From the NCBI RefSeq assembly GCF_006345805.1, contig NC_043004.1, positions 67,270,001 to 67,334,000 of the forward strand: a stretch of 64,000 nt of DNA, given 5' to 3'. Of this stretch, positions 1 through 13,950 are shown in pieces (the stretch's first letter is position 1; each line of letters starts with the position of its first letter). The notes under the pieces are model-generated. The model was given only the letters and a program-made list of their open reading frames with translations. It had not been told where the DNA came from and did no database searches. Both the position numbers and the translations under genes were made by a program. Source of the stretch: Octopus sinensis. Taxonomy: Eukaryota.

Positions 1-1307
1 TCTAAACTCCGCCATTACATAAATATGAATGAACTTGTTGATCTGTGTTTCGTCAGTCATATCATATACTGATTATTTCTATATACCTCTTCATACCTCT
101 ACGGATTTATATTACTAAATTCTCAATTAAAGTTTGAAGAAAAAACATTAGAAATATTTGGAAATATATCCAGTTAAAGGACGAACTCACATTCGTCCGT
201 TAAAAAATATATGTCAAATATATATATGCATGTATATGTATATATATATATATGTTATATATAAAGAGAGATTTGCATGTATGTATGTATGTATGTATGT
301 ATGTATGTATTATATAATGTCAGGGCATTTGTTTAAGTTTTTCATGAGCATTCTTGAACCAAAACACATTTCGTTAGGTTTCCTGAGCGTTTCTTTTTGA
401 TAGCCTTTAGTAACTGCCTCAGCAATTTGGCATAGAACTCCCCGACTCCCTTGCATATGAAACGGCCATAGACTCACTTGGAGCTACCGGACCTATTGAA
501 ATGATAGGTGAACCCGATGCAAGTTTCACTGTTGGTTACCTAGCAATAGAACAGACCATCCGTAATCCTGAGTTGGTGACCAGCGTGTTGGAAGACTACT
601 TGGACTGAGACACCCTTTAGATTGTGTTACAGCATTTCTATAAGTGGTCACTCTTATATAAAACCAGGTATTCAGGGCATGGGATTGAACATTTTTGTGA
701 TATTTTGCTTGCGTTTGGGATCATCAGGATCCTGCATTTCTGAACATGAGACCCATATTAGTACTGAATATATTTCCCAGGTATGTCTCGAGATCATATC
801 AGTATGGCGGAGAGTGTCATACATATATATAATGGCCTTTTCGCCAATTTTAGGTTGTAAAATGATCGGCGCGGTGACTATCTGAAGCCAAGTCGTGTAA
901 GAGGGTTCCACCACTTGCATCGAAGCTAGGCTAACCGAACCAAGGGAAGCCAACAGCCGAGGCAATAATCTCTTGCACGAGCATTGCTGACATTGTGCAT
1001 GGGTAATGGTCATTCTGTGTCCTCCTCGGTCAGCAGCGCGAAAGCCATCATATATATATATTCGCTGCTTTCTTCCAAGGAATCTAATGCTCTTAGCTTA
1101 TTTTTTGTTTGGGGCTGGCCAGATTGGAGCAACCTCGTGTATAACAGGGACGAAATTGCAAAGATAATCTGGAACTCGACTGAGGATAGAAATCTCCGAA
1201 TGATCCGTCCTTGTTTTCCTTGATCCTCAGTCTGGATATTTTGTTCTCTCTTTTTTGCTTCACCTTAACTGTCTGGATGTTTTGCGGTCTTGTCCCATTT
1301 TCGTATT

Positions 1308-1347
<40 letters not shown>

Positions 1348-1407
1348 TCACATTCATTCATTCATACATTTGTATTTGCTATCATTTTAATTTTTTCTTT
1401 CATTTTC

Positions 1408-1452
1408 ATCTACTTTCAGCTCACGAGCTGTGGCCATGCTGGGTACCGCCAT
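1408..1452 (-). mobile_element. Isolated 3' tip of the 26.7-30.7 kb LINE family
   Basis: Reverse complement GGCGGTACCCAGCATGGCCACAGCTCGTGAGCTGAAAGTAGATGAAAA matches the LINE tail at 30633-30680. Confidence 0.85.
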
Positions 1453-1496
1453 TCAAAAAGACGGGAAACTACGGATATATATATATATATTATATA

Positions 1497-1554
<58 letters not shown>

Positions 1555-2191
1555 CATATATTCCTCATACGAATATTTTACGCAAATAACGTAATACAAT
1601 CTTTTTCTTTGAATTTAAGTGCATGTAAGTGTTCATCTCCATAGTTATGTATTTACACCGATGTAGATGTTGTCGAGTCGGAAAAATGCCGCTAAAGGTA
1701 TTGTTGTATAGTCTGGTGTGCTCTTAATCGAGCCAAATCTCCACCTCTCTATGTATTATAATCGACATGAATTATCCAGCGTTATCTCACTGTTTCACGC
1801 TTACCAAAAATTCAATTTCTTTTTTGTGCTCTTCTTCATATAAGCTACTTTTATGAGCAGCAACTTTCGATCATTGCATTCATCGCCCAACTGACGGCGA
1901 TCCACTTTAATGCTACAACATATTATTTTAGGAGTATACTAAACAAGATATGGGGAATGTGTAAATAGTAAACACAAAGCAAAAGAAACAAAAATATAAA
2001 CATTAATTACAGTGCGATTATCATAGATCTAGATGAAAGTGATAGACCATATTTTTGGGGTGTATTTTCGTAAAAACCTATTATAAATATATTTGCACAT
2101 ATTGGAAAAGTTGTTTAAAATAAATATCAATTTGTAATGTTTTTTAGAAATGCAATAAAGTAATTTATTATATTACGTCTCTTAATAGTCA

Positions 2192-2228
<37 letters not shown>

Positions 2229-3091
2229 AAATGGATTTCTTCTCTTTATTTATATATTTTATAGTTATTATTTTCGTAATTGTGTTCATGTACACAATAT
2301 CCACGTTAACTACATCATGTAAGTTTCAAGGGAGAGTCATATACGTTTATGCACTATTTATGGAATAATATCGAAGTTGCATGCAAATGTGTTTATATTC
2401 ATATAAACCTTCTTCATAGCATCAAATCATTTACGAAGCATTTAAATATGCTCTTCTTCAAAGTTTTTATTTTATTTTTCACACACTTTTAGCAGAACAC
2501 ACACACAAACACACACACATACATACACAAATGTATATATATATATATATATTTATTTATAGGCTAGCAATGGATTCCAATGTACGTAGATAAGTATATA
2601 TATATATTGATATATACTTAGATATATGTACATGCGCGCGAGTGCTTGAGTGTGTTGTGTGTGTGTGGTGTGTGTGTGTGTGTGTGTGCGTGTGTGTCTG
2701 CATGTGTCTGTGTGTGTGTGTGTGTGTCCGCGTGCGTATGCATACGTTGTGTATGCGTGTAAATTTTAAAATAAAGATAGAAAACACAATTAGGAAACTG
2801 GAGTGTAAATTTTTCCAGCGGCTGATAATGCTACAGCAGTTACTCAGAAATAAATATGCATTTATCTATCTATCTATCCCTATATATATATCTATATTTA
2901 TCTATCTTTCTTTCTATCTATTTATCCATATCCACCACATACATATATATATATAATATATATATATGCATACATACATACATACATACGTACATACATA
3001 CATGTATGTATGTATGTAGGCATGTATGTATGTATGTATGTGTGCGCATGTATGAAAATGTACATCTACAATGTCTATGTATATTTACATG

Positions 3092-3139
<48 letters not shown>

Positions 3140-3223
3140 AACTCACACACACTCACACGCACACACCACACATATAGATATACATATATATAAGTAAATA
3201 TATATATATACGTGTATGTATAT

Positions 3224-3292
<69 letters not shown>

Positions 3293-4512
3293 ATATGCTT
3301 ATCCATATCCGCATATGTACACATACACTCACACATATATATGTGCTCAAATATACATACAAACGTGTATGAATGTATGAACATTTCTACGTGTATATGT
3401 TCCTATGTTTGCATGTACGGATGTGTAGACCTAAACGATAAGTATAATTGAAGTAAATAAAAATTTATTTAAAAGCGTTCAGCGAAAAGTTACCCGAAAT
3501 ACTTATTGTATCATTGAAATGAAATAACTTTCGTTCGCTTTCAGCGATTCTTTGATATATGGTGGAATATTTACTACCCGATATGAGATACATAAACTAA
3601 TATTATTGTATATTTTAAAAGGGAAATTTGAATGTTTTCAATAATTTATGACATGAACAGCCTAGGTTTTGTTTCATATTGCCATTTTCTCTTCCTATAT
3701 ATTTTTTAGTTTTTCAAATATTCTAGCAAAATTTTCCATATTTCTTGCCTTTATTCTGTTTCATTAATATTTCTCTGATTGCTCATCTCTTTTCCCTTGA
3801 ATCATATTTTCTTCTCGTTCTGTTGAAATGTATTTATGTAATTGAAATTATCTATGAAATATATTACGTGAGAATCAAAGTGTGTCTGTCTGTCTCTTTG
3901 TCTATCTGACTGCTTATGTATGTATGTATGTATGTATGATGTATGTATGTATGTATGTATGTATGTATGTATGTATGTATGTATGCACATATTAATGTAT
4001 GTATGTCATTATTCACTCTTATTTCAAGATTTCTTGCCAGTGGAGAACGAGCCGGTTTCTAACCTAGATCCAATATATTTCATTTGAATTTCACCTACAT
4101 TGACATGGTATTTTTGCAGGTATGTGAGTATATGTTCAGTATTTGGAATCAGTGCAGGTTCAGAGTTGTATGTTTTGTTTTATCTATGTATTTTCATGCA
4201 TACATTTTGATATCTTGACGTGCTCATGTATATAAAAATTTTACAGGTTTTTACAGTTCCAGTGATGACTTAGATCTGTAGATTTCGAATCATCTTACAT
4301 CTTTCTGAATCTCAGAAGACTAATTTCACAAGATTTAGTAATTAGGCAGTGTGTTACATATGCCAATAATTCAGCGTAGTTATTTCCTTTCTCGCTGGTC
4401 TTTAGCTATATAATAACATCCGCTTGACACCTGATTTGCATAACTCTACAACGTTTCTCTCTTCAATCCGAAATCATTATGTCAGGTCTATGTATGTATG
4501 TATGTATGTATG

Positions 4513-4578
<66 letters not shown>

Positions 4579-5059
4579 GTATGTATGTATGTATGTACGC
4601 CTCTGTCAGAAAATAAGAAAATATGTTATTATTATCATTATATCATAATTATTTTGGTTTGGAACATGTTCGATCTTATTCCTGGCAGGAATTATGTGGA
4701 TAGCGAGTTATTAACTGTATCCTTAGATATCCATAAGTTTTCATCAGTCTTTCAAGTGGTTTGGACTCTCCTGATAATCCTTGCTGTCCCTAAGAGAAAC
4801 TTTCAGTAGGGGCTCACATTACGATGTGGCAATTATAATAAGAGAAACCTACCTCTTGTTAGTTCGTAGCGTTCAGCTCCACGGTATCTAATCCCGAAGA
4901 AAAATATACATACGAAATGCTGACATCTATCAGTCCGGTTAGGGCACTCTTCAAGCTGACTCTGACTGTTTACACCTAAGTGTCTCCTGCGAGAGAGTTT
5001 TCTCCGTGATAATATACGGTGAATAGCTTTCTTAGCAAGAAGTTTGTATACATGCATGC

Positions 5060-5092
<33 letters not shown>

Positions 5093-5993
5093 ATACAAGT
5101 GCGCGGACACACACACACGCACACACAGATATATTGATATATATTGATTCATGAGTTGTGAGTTCAGATTTCACCTAGGTAGATTTATTTTTCGTCAGAC
5201 TTTGACAACAATGTGTGTGTTTGTGTGTGTGTGTCTGCCTGTCTCTCTGTCACTCTGATTAGGTGCATGTGTGTGTGTGTGAATATATGAATCATTTACA
5301 TGATTGTTCAGCACGCCGAATCTTTGCTGCCATTATCAATACTAATTTTGTAAAGAATAATAGAAGAAAATATGCTAAGAAAGTATCTAGTAATCCTTCG
5401 GTAAAAAAAAATAGTCTCTCTTATAACTTAACATAAAAGCAAACATTATCCTATACGCACATACTTGTACACGCACACACATACACACACACACATTCTC
5501 ACACACATTCTCATGCACACATACGCACACACACATACAAGCATTTTTACAGATATCCATCTATCCATCTATCTATTTATCTATCTATCCATCTCACCTT
5601 GAGCATAATCCTATGAACACGGAAAATTTAAAACAGAGGGTTACCTACTGCCAAACAAATGTGGTAACGTGTAACATTACTGACCGAGGTTACCGTGGGT
5701 TTTTCCGTAGGCTTTTCTTCCCACGGATAAACCTTATCTACTTCCCCCTTTACACTTTACATCATGACACTGTGATACACGATCCCTATTGATCGTTTTT
5801 TTCCCTTTTTCCCTCCTTTTTTCTTTTCTTCTTTCCCTTTTGCGATCCCTTTTTGATCGAAATCCTACCGACCCTTTTTTTCTTGTTTTTTCTCTCCCCC
5901 AAAAAGAAAAGCTCTACTTTATAATCTGCCCTGTCTGTGTGCAGCCCTGTGTGGCCAATAAAGAATCATATTTATCTGTGTGTGTGTGTGTGT

Positions 5994-6078
<85 letters not shown>

Positions 6079-7492
6079 CGTGTGTGTGTATTTATATATC
6101 ACTCAAGCATACGTAGTCGAATGTTCAAAAGATCACGCCCTGGGACTACGTGTTGTTCATTCGGTGGTACTGCTTCACTTATAGAAGCTCACCGATTCTT
6201 TTCATCCAGATATGATCACCCACTCAAAATTCATTTATATGAATGGTGACCGCAGTACTTGAGACTTGTCACCCTCTGGTATGGCGACTGGCATTTTCTT
6301 CATTCTCTCATTCACTCAGTTATTTTTTTATTGCAACCTTTCACTTCGTAACAGAACGCAGCTCAGTTAACTATAATTGTTTTGTTCTTGTACACTTCTA
6401 CAATGATAATATTCTACGTTATATGTGCGTATTTCCTATTATTTGTGTAGTGTAATATACTGCCAAACCTCTATATATAATTTTGCAGATATTCTATTTC
6501 TTCGACAATTTTTGTCAATACGGTGATTTTGATTATGTATTTTTCTCGAAGCCTCAGAGTTGTCCCCGAGGCACTATTATTATAGAGATTAATTTGGGAT
6601 TTATTTCCCAGTTCATCTAAAGAGACATTATCGGATTTAAAATGTATTCCCTTTCTCAGTTTCCTTGATAATAATACCTACTTCTAACATGTGTGGGTTG
6701 GCTAATAAATTGTACAGATTTAGAAAGTAGAAAATTGTATTTTCATTTAGAAAACAGAAAGTTTCACTTTAATTTTTTTCTTTCGTTTTTGTCTCAATAA
6801 TTTTCACTTTAAGTTGTTTTGTTTTCCGTTTATTTTATTTTTCAAGAGTAGTGTAGGGAGAATCGGGACATTTCTAAGCAGTCAGTGACCGTTTTGAATG
6901 TTTCAAGCAAACTGAATTACACGGAAGACAACCAAGTACCACATATCTTCTCCCAGAATACAAAACACAACGACCGGGAATAGAAGCCACAAGGAATACC
7001 CCTTGAAGTCTACCTAACACACCAATACACAGATACATCGCCGAACATGAAGGGAAGGAAAGCAATCTTAATTTCAGTGGGAACCGAACACAGAGCGTAG
7101 CAAATCGGTATAAGTTATTGCAAAGGCAATTTGTCCTACGCCCTTACGATTCTGCCTTTTCGTCCCCTTAAGCATGGTCATTATGACATTCGACGAATGA
7201 TTTTCTATGTACATTTATACAACCTCTTTACTGTTTGTATTCTGTGCCAGCATAACTTCCAGTGTTCTGAAGCCCTGAAATTGTCATGCTCATAAACGTA
7301 ATCTTTCCTAGTTAATACCGGGCAGTTAGAGACAATGCGCTTAATTGTTTCTCTCTAACTACCACATATTATGCATTTACTTAATGTGTTCCGCTTCATT
7401 ACATGCTTTTGGTGGTTTCGGTTATGAAGGCTTTGATCTTGTACAGCAATGAAGTACTATCATCATCATCATTGTTGTTGTTGAGGTTTTCA

Positions 7493-7523
<31 letters not shown>

Positions 7524-8076
7524 TATTATTATTATTATTATTATTATATTATTATTATTATTATTATTATTATATTATTATTATTATTATTATTGTTATT
7601 ATTATTATTAGCTGGTGTTGTTTTGTTGCCTTCTATGCGTAGTCTTGTATTATCGGACTCCTTAAGAAATAGGAAATCATTATGGGACTCCTTAGGAAAT
7701 ACGAAAAAAATTACCAGGACATAGCTTTGATATTCTGTGTTCATCTGCCTCAACATAGACATGACAAAAATGTTGTTTGTCATTCATTGATATTTTATCA
7801 TTTCTTCTGTTTTTTCATGATTATCTTGTATAATTCCTGGAGATGTTAGTTGTTTTCAACGTGCACCTTATGCATGCAATGAACTTAACAATTTTTAGTT
7901 AAGAATTTACTTAACAATTTGCTTTGTATCTCCACCAATATGAGACTTAAATTTTTATACGTTGCGCAGCTTCCATTCTTAGATTTCATGTTAAATACTT
8001 CTTTTCTAGTAATGTCGATTCCATGCTTTTGTTTTCAATTTTTACAATTTAGCTCTGTTAAACTTGAATCAATGTT

Positions 8077-8305
8077 GAGGCTCGTGACCTAGTTGTTAGA
8101 GCAGCGGACTCACGGTCGAGGGATCGCGGGTTCGAATCTCAGACCGGGCGATGTGTGTGTTTATGAGCTAAACAGCTAAGCTCCACGCATCTCGAGCGGA
8201 AGGTAACGGCGAACTTCCGCTGACTCCGCCATAACTATCTCTTACTCTTTCCTCCTGTATCTTGCAGCTCACCTGCGACGAACCGGCGTCCCGTCCAAGT
8301 AGGGA
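8077..8305 (+). mobile_element. tRNA-derived SINE (third family)
   Basis: A-box-like TGACCTAGTTGTT and B-box GGTTCGAATC (8129-8138), followed by a non-tRNA body ending CTGCGACGAACCGGCGTCCCGTCC. Confidence 0.75.
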
Positions 8306-8629
8306 AAACCAGCCCTTATGAGCCAGCCCTTATAGTAGATATGACAGAATATTTCCTTGAAATATTCCTTTTCCATTACTATCTCTAAGTTATAACCACC
8401 TTATCAGTCTTCTCACTCACGCGGTGGCATGTTCTCACTCCAAGATTATTACTTGATGCTATAGGCTATTTTGAATATCTTTGAATATATTATGATACAA
8501 AAATGGGGGATTGTTCTTGAAGTATTTAGTTAATCAATCCAGATTATACCGACCACATCCTGTCTTTTTACACCACATCTAAGTTGGCCTTTTCTACCAA
8601 TTCGCTTTTGCATTATTTCCTTCTCCTAC

Positions 8630-9057
8630 TAACTTTCCTTCTCATAGCAACTTTTCTTCTTCTAGCAACGTTCCGTCTTCTAACAACTTTCTTTCTCCTA
8701 GCAACTTTTCTTCTAGCAACTTTCTTTCTTCTAGCAACATTCCTTCTTCTTGCAACTTCCTTTATTCTAGCAACTTTCCGTCTTCTAACAACTTTCCGTC
8801 TCCTAGCAACTTTCTTTCCCCTAGCAACTTTCTTTCTCCTAGCAATATTCCTTCTTCTTGCAACTTTCTTTATTCTAGCAACTTTCCGTCTTCTAACAAC
8901 TTTCCTTCTCCTAGTAACTTTTCTTCTAGCAACTTTCTTTCTCCTAGCAACATTCCTTATTCTAACAACTTTCCTTCACCTAGCAACTTTCTTTCTTCTA
9001 GCAACTTTCCTTCTTCTAGCAACTTCCTTCCTCCTAGCGACTTTTCTTCTCCTATGA
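8630..9057. repeat. 15-18 bp minisatellite (consensus about ACTTTCCTTCTTCTAGCA)
   Basis: More than 20 degenerate units. Plus frame reads (TFLLLA)n and one minus frame reads (RRRKVA)n. Confidence 0.9.
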
Positions 9058-9647
9058 AGTAACAGTAGTTGGAGTTGTTCCTGTTGCTGTAGTAGTAGTA
9101 ATAGTAATATTAGTAGTAGTAGTAGTAGAGAGAGGAGGGGGAGGAGGAGAAGAGTGGAGGGAGAAGAGAAGAGTGGAGGAGGAAGAGCAGAGTGGTGGAA
9201 GATGAAGGGGAGGAGTGTCGAGAAAGACAAATGAGCGGAGGTATTGGAAACGAGACACTTTGTATGTGTTCGTGAAATGTCTTAGGCACCATCTGATATG
9301 AAACACTCTCAAAGTCTAAACATACACGACAGAATGTTTTAATAAATGTTCTGTAGTTTCTGATGATGTTTCGTTTCTTTTTTTCTCACCTCCTCGATCG
9401 ATTTGGTTAAATGATTTCTCAGCTAAGCACACAAGTGGATGTTCCGCATCACTTCATTGTTTAAACAAGCTAAGGCTATTTTCTCACCTTTGCCAACCGA
9501 TGAAGAAAACAAACTGACAACTGTCTACTGCAGCGTTTACATATTTCCTCATTATCTAGGTAACATTAGACCATCTATGCAAATATCTGCAAGCAAATGT
9601 AATTATTTAGTTTCAATTAAAAAAAAAACTATTTCTCTCACTCCCTC

Positions 9648-9728
<81 letters not shown>

Positions 9729-9969
9729 GGTATGTATATATATGTATGTATCGCTCTCTGTTTCCCTCTCAGTCTCTTTATATATGTGTGTGCGTGTGTG
9801 TTTCTATGTGTTTGTGCCTGTATCTATATATGTATATGTGTATGTGCGAATGTGTCTATGTTTTCAGGTATAGTAGGCACACATACATTTGCACACACAC
9901 GTTTCCATGTCTCTTGGCATATATTCCTTATATAATCTCTTACATTCATCATCTCGGTATGTTACTCTT

Positions 9970-10010
<41 letters not shown>

Positions 10011-10030
10011 GGCTCTCTTTCCTTTTCTCG

Positions 10031-10069
<39 letters not shown>

Positions 10070-10342
10070 CTTCTCTCGTTCTTTCTCACACTCATCGACA
10101 TCGAATTTCATTCTAAATACGATATGGCATGAAATACTTGAACACAGAATTCTGGTAAACAAATGCAATCGAGATATCAGACACTTCCATTACCATACAC
10201 ACATAAGTCACACGAATTAATTAAGATGGTTAATTAAAACATGACATGCAACAAATTTAAGCATACAATAGAAATGAATAATCGAAAATTTTGGGTTCTT
10301 AACTAACTTTGTTTAATTTATGCTAATTACACAGCCCATCAT

Positions 10343-10391
<49 letters not shown>

Positions 10392-10587
10392 TGCTCACAT
10401 ACATGTATGTATAAATAAATAGATAGATAGGCACACACACATATGAATACTTGTGTATATGTGTATAAATATATATATGCATATACGTAAGATCTTGTAT
10501 GCAAGTATATATTTATATGCATATATACATATAAGTTTCAATATATACACACATTTACATATACATGTATGCGTGTGTATATATATA

Positions 10588-10624
<37 letters not shown>

Positions 10625-10689
10625 CAGAGCATGTATGTATGGATGTTTCTGAGTATTATTATTTCGCTTAGAGGATTGCGCAACAAGTG

Positions 10690-11400
10690 GAAAAGGAATC
10701 TGGTAGATAAGAGGACATTATTCGATTTTTTCTAGGAAATCTACTAAGAGATTTCAAACTTACCTTTCTATGCTTGGATAACAGCAAACGAATCCACATT
10801 ATATGCTCATACACTGGCCTCCTTACAGTAGTAGATTCCAATTCAAAGTGTGAGAGGAATGTCCGATCAAACAAATTCTACAATAAAGACACTTGCAGGA
10901 ATTTATTTGTGTACTACATATCAGGCCTCCGTATCCGTTCCACGGCCGGTTATATAGACAATGAACATTGCTGTATCGAGACAAAATTTTGAATTCTCAA
11001 ATCATAAAATTATACAAGGTAATTGAAGGTAACTACGACTTGGCATCTATAAATGGTCGCGTAAGCCCAATAAACTGCGGATTTATTGTAATATCTGAAG
11101 TTACCTGAATTCAGTGACCTTAGAGTAGTTTTTTAACTCAGAACTTAGAGAACCAAAACCAATCCCGGTAACGAAGTTTTTTCAACGCTACCATTAATTT
11201 GCCAAGGAAACCTTTTTTGTTTCAAAGAAAGGACCCACATTTAACAACCTAGTAGAGTGGAATTTGTGTCAATGCAAGCTATAAAATCATCGTTTAGGTA
11301 CCTCACCAAACGCAACCGTATTTCTGCTCCTTTCAACATTAAGAAACATTTCTTTTCTCACAATTTAGAGAATAATTTATGAATCGTTTTACAAAAATAT
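10690..11400 (+). pseudogene. Very decayed CR1/L2-like reverse transcriptase remnant
   Basis: Colinear but weak motif echoes: GNLLR, LFVYYISGL (cf. LFxIYINDL) and DLRVVFNSEL (cf. DLGVxFDSxL). By eye only. Confidence 0.3.
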
Positions 11401-12661
11401 GAATACGATATATCTTCCAGTGTATCACGCTATCACGCAATCTCGCGGTATGTTATAAAATACCTGCCCAGCCTCCTCGTTCATATCACATCATACACTC
11501 TTACATAAAGGATAAACGTGTATGAAAATCAAAGAGATAAGATCATTACAGTACGTCTTTGATCATAGTTTCCTTGTTCAATGACGATCAGGGTTAAACA
11601 CCACTACCGCCATCTCCACAACGAAGAACAACAATAACTACAACAAATGTACAATTTATAGAAAGTGAGCTTTTCTGTATTGTATTATGCATTTCTCTTT
11701 CTAGACAAACATATGAATTGAATAAATACGCTATTCAATCTATTCAATTTTAAATTTGAATAGAATTGTTGCAGAGTTCTTTCAGATAGCTGTGATGGAT
11801 ATACAAAATATTGCATTTTGATGAAATATTTACATCTTAATCAATCATTTGTCAAAATAGAATAAAGTTATATAGTGAATGTGAGTAAAAGCTAAAAAAA
11901 AATTAAGATAACTGCATTATTATTAATAATTGAGAGAAAATAAATTTCCTGATTTAAAATGTATTGCTTGTCAAAAATGATAACAAATGCAAAACTTTAG
12001 CGAATTTTACACTATAACTCGGCATTCGGGTAATTAGGTTGCTTAGACGACAACTGCAACAGCAACAACAGCAGCAATAACAACAGCAACAACAACAAAA
12101 TTAACAATAACTTGAGGAATAGCATTAACAGCCAATTCGATGATTGAATTTAAATCAGACTAAAGGGTTGTTGACTGGTATAATGCATTTATTTATTTTT
12201 ATTCGACGTTATGACTGAATGGTAAACAAATGCGTGAGGTGTTCACGATATTAAAATCTACAGCAGTATACGTCATAGAGGGCATATACAGAATGACACA
12301 AAGGTACAGAGCCTTACTCTATGAACTGGAAAACACTAGACTCAAACAAAATGATACTCTGAGTATGATGCCATCAAATATTTAATCAGCATAGGCCAAA
12401 AAAACATATAATTCCTGATACAGATTATTTCTTGTATGCATTAAATCTAAATCGCTGTATATAATCAAATATGTGTGTGTGAGTGTAGGAGTGTCGGTGA
12501 GTGTGTGTGTATGTGTGTGTGTGAACGCTTAAGTAGTGACAAACCAAAATGCAACGATCAAAGAAGGGTAGATCGAAGATAAATATATTAAAGGATTGAA
12601 AGAAACAAGAAGAAAAAATAGTTATATTTTCAAAAGATGAGGAATTATGTACGTTATTTAC

Positions 12662-12849
12662 ATTATTTACATTTGACGGATATTTGTCCTCATCTTTGTT
12701 GTTATCACAATGTTTCGGCTGATACACCCTCCAGCCTTCATCAGCTCTCTTGGGGAAATTTCGAACCTAGTTTTTCATTCCTATATCATCCGAAACGTTG
12801 TGTTGATGACAAACAAGATGAGGACAAATATCCGTCAAATGTAAATAAT
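12662..12849. mobile_element. Penelope-like pseudo-LTR fragment with inverted partial copy
   Basis: Inverted arms 12662-12725 and 12782-12849. The left arm carries a hammerhead core on the minus strand; the right arm starts TATATCATCCGAAACGTTGTGTT. Confidence 0.7.
12704..12750 (-). ncRNA. Minimal type I hammerhead ribozyme, degenerate
   Basis: CUGAUGA (12744-12738), A, stem II GGCUG/CAGCC, GAAAC (12716-12712), then AUU. Stem I and stem III are damaged in this copy; the inverted copy keeps GAAACGUU. Confidence 0.6.
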
Positions 12850-12979
12850 ATAAATAGGGAGAAAAAATTGCGATGCTGATATTATGAAACCTCTTTCCAT
12901 GGGAGGTATTATGTGTACATCTATGTATACACTCACACACATAAACACACACACACATGTATATATATATACAGAGAGC

Positions 12980-13014
<35 letters not shown>

Positions 13015-13454
13015 AAGAGAAAAAGAGAGAGAGAGTGCATTTGAACTAAATTTGATGATGTTTATGTCGCCTTTCTTCAACGGTGAATCGTCAACGGCCT
13101 TAATCAGCGTAAACTTGAATCTGAGACAAATTTAACTGATATGGGGGATTTGAAAACCGTTTGAATATCAGAAATGATTTACCTGTGCCATGATGATTCG
13201 CTGGACGTATGAAAACGCGGACATCATGACTACTCCTCAATGCTATATAAACCCTGTAAATAATGAAATACCTGACATGAACAGCTGCAACAGAGACTAC
13301 GCAACTATGGCCAACGGGAAGGGACGTAGCGAACGCTTGGACTGCAATCATACATCAGAATTCATCCTTATATGTTTCAAAAGTGTTTTAGGCTCAATTT
13401 AGATGCAGGAAACTATGGTCAATCCCTGACTGGAGAGTTTTGCTGCTGAAAGAA

Positions 13455-13525
13455 CATGTGGGACTGAACCTGGGACCATGTGGTTGAGAAGGAAGCTTCT
13501 TACTACACAGCCACTCCTGAGCCTA
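13455..13525 (-). mobile_element. SINE family A tRNA-like head (truncated); further copies at about 13965-14052 and 15368-15455
   Basis: Reverse complement GGCTCAGGAGTGGCTGTGTAGTAAGAAGCTTCC...CACATGGTCCCAGGTTCAGTCCCAC resembles the heads at 51635 and 60843. Confidence 0.8.
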
Positions 13526-13868
13526 TATATATGTATATATGTTTATGTGTGTGTGTGTGTGTGCATACGTGTGTGCGTGTAGGTGTAACTTCATGACAGT
13601 TAACCATACTTCCGGAAATGTTGTTGAAGAATTTTTACCAGCCGCAAATTCTGGCTTCGTAATTCTCCGCATTGTAATTCCATAGTATGCAGCGAGGAAC
13701 GCATGGGTCAGGTTCCGAATAGGTCTTAAAGCCATGGGGGTAACTGAGAGAAACTAAGCCATAATCTAGTAGATATTTTGTTAAACACTTACACTTTCTA
13801 AACTGTTGTCAGAAATACACACATGTCAAATTATTGAGCGCTGCATACTGGCTATAAAGGCAAACACA

Positions 13869-13933
<65 letters not shown>

Positions 13934-13950
13934 TATATATATATATATAT

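Noticed and set aside
440-740. Hammerhead halves GAAACGGCCATA (plus) and CTGATGA (minus, about 720-726)
   Set aside because: They are on opposite strands with no matching stems I or II.
1175-1235. CTGAGGA within the GACTGAGGAT/ATCCTCAGTC hairpin
   Set aside because: There is no GAAA core or stem I in the required order.
8077-8150. tRNA gene (also the heads at 22650, 48940, 51635 and 60843)
   Set aside because: A/B boxes are present, but there is no complete cloverleaf and each runs into a SINE body.
13170-13400. pogo/Tigger transposase remnant
   Set aside because: Only a faint AW...ICFK echo across a frameshift; insufficient support.
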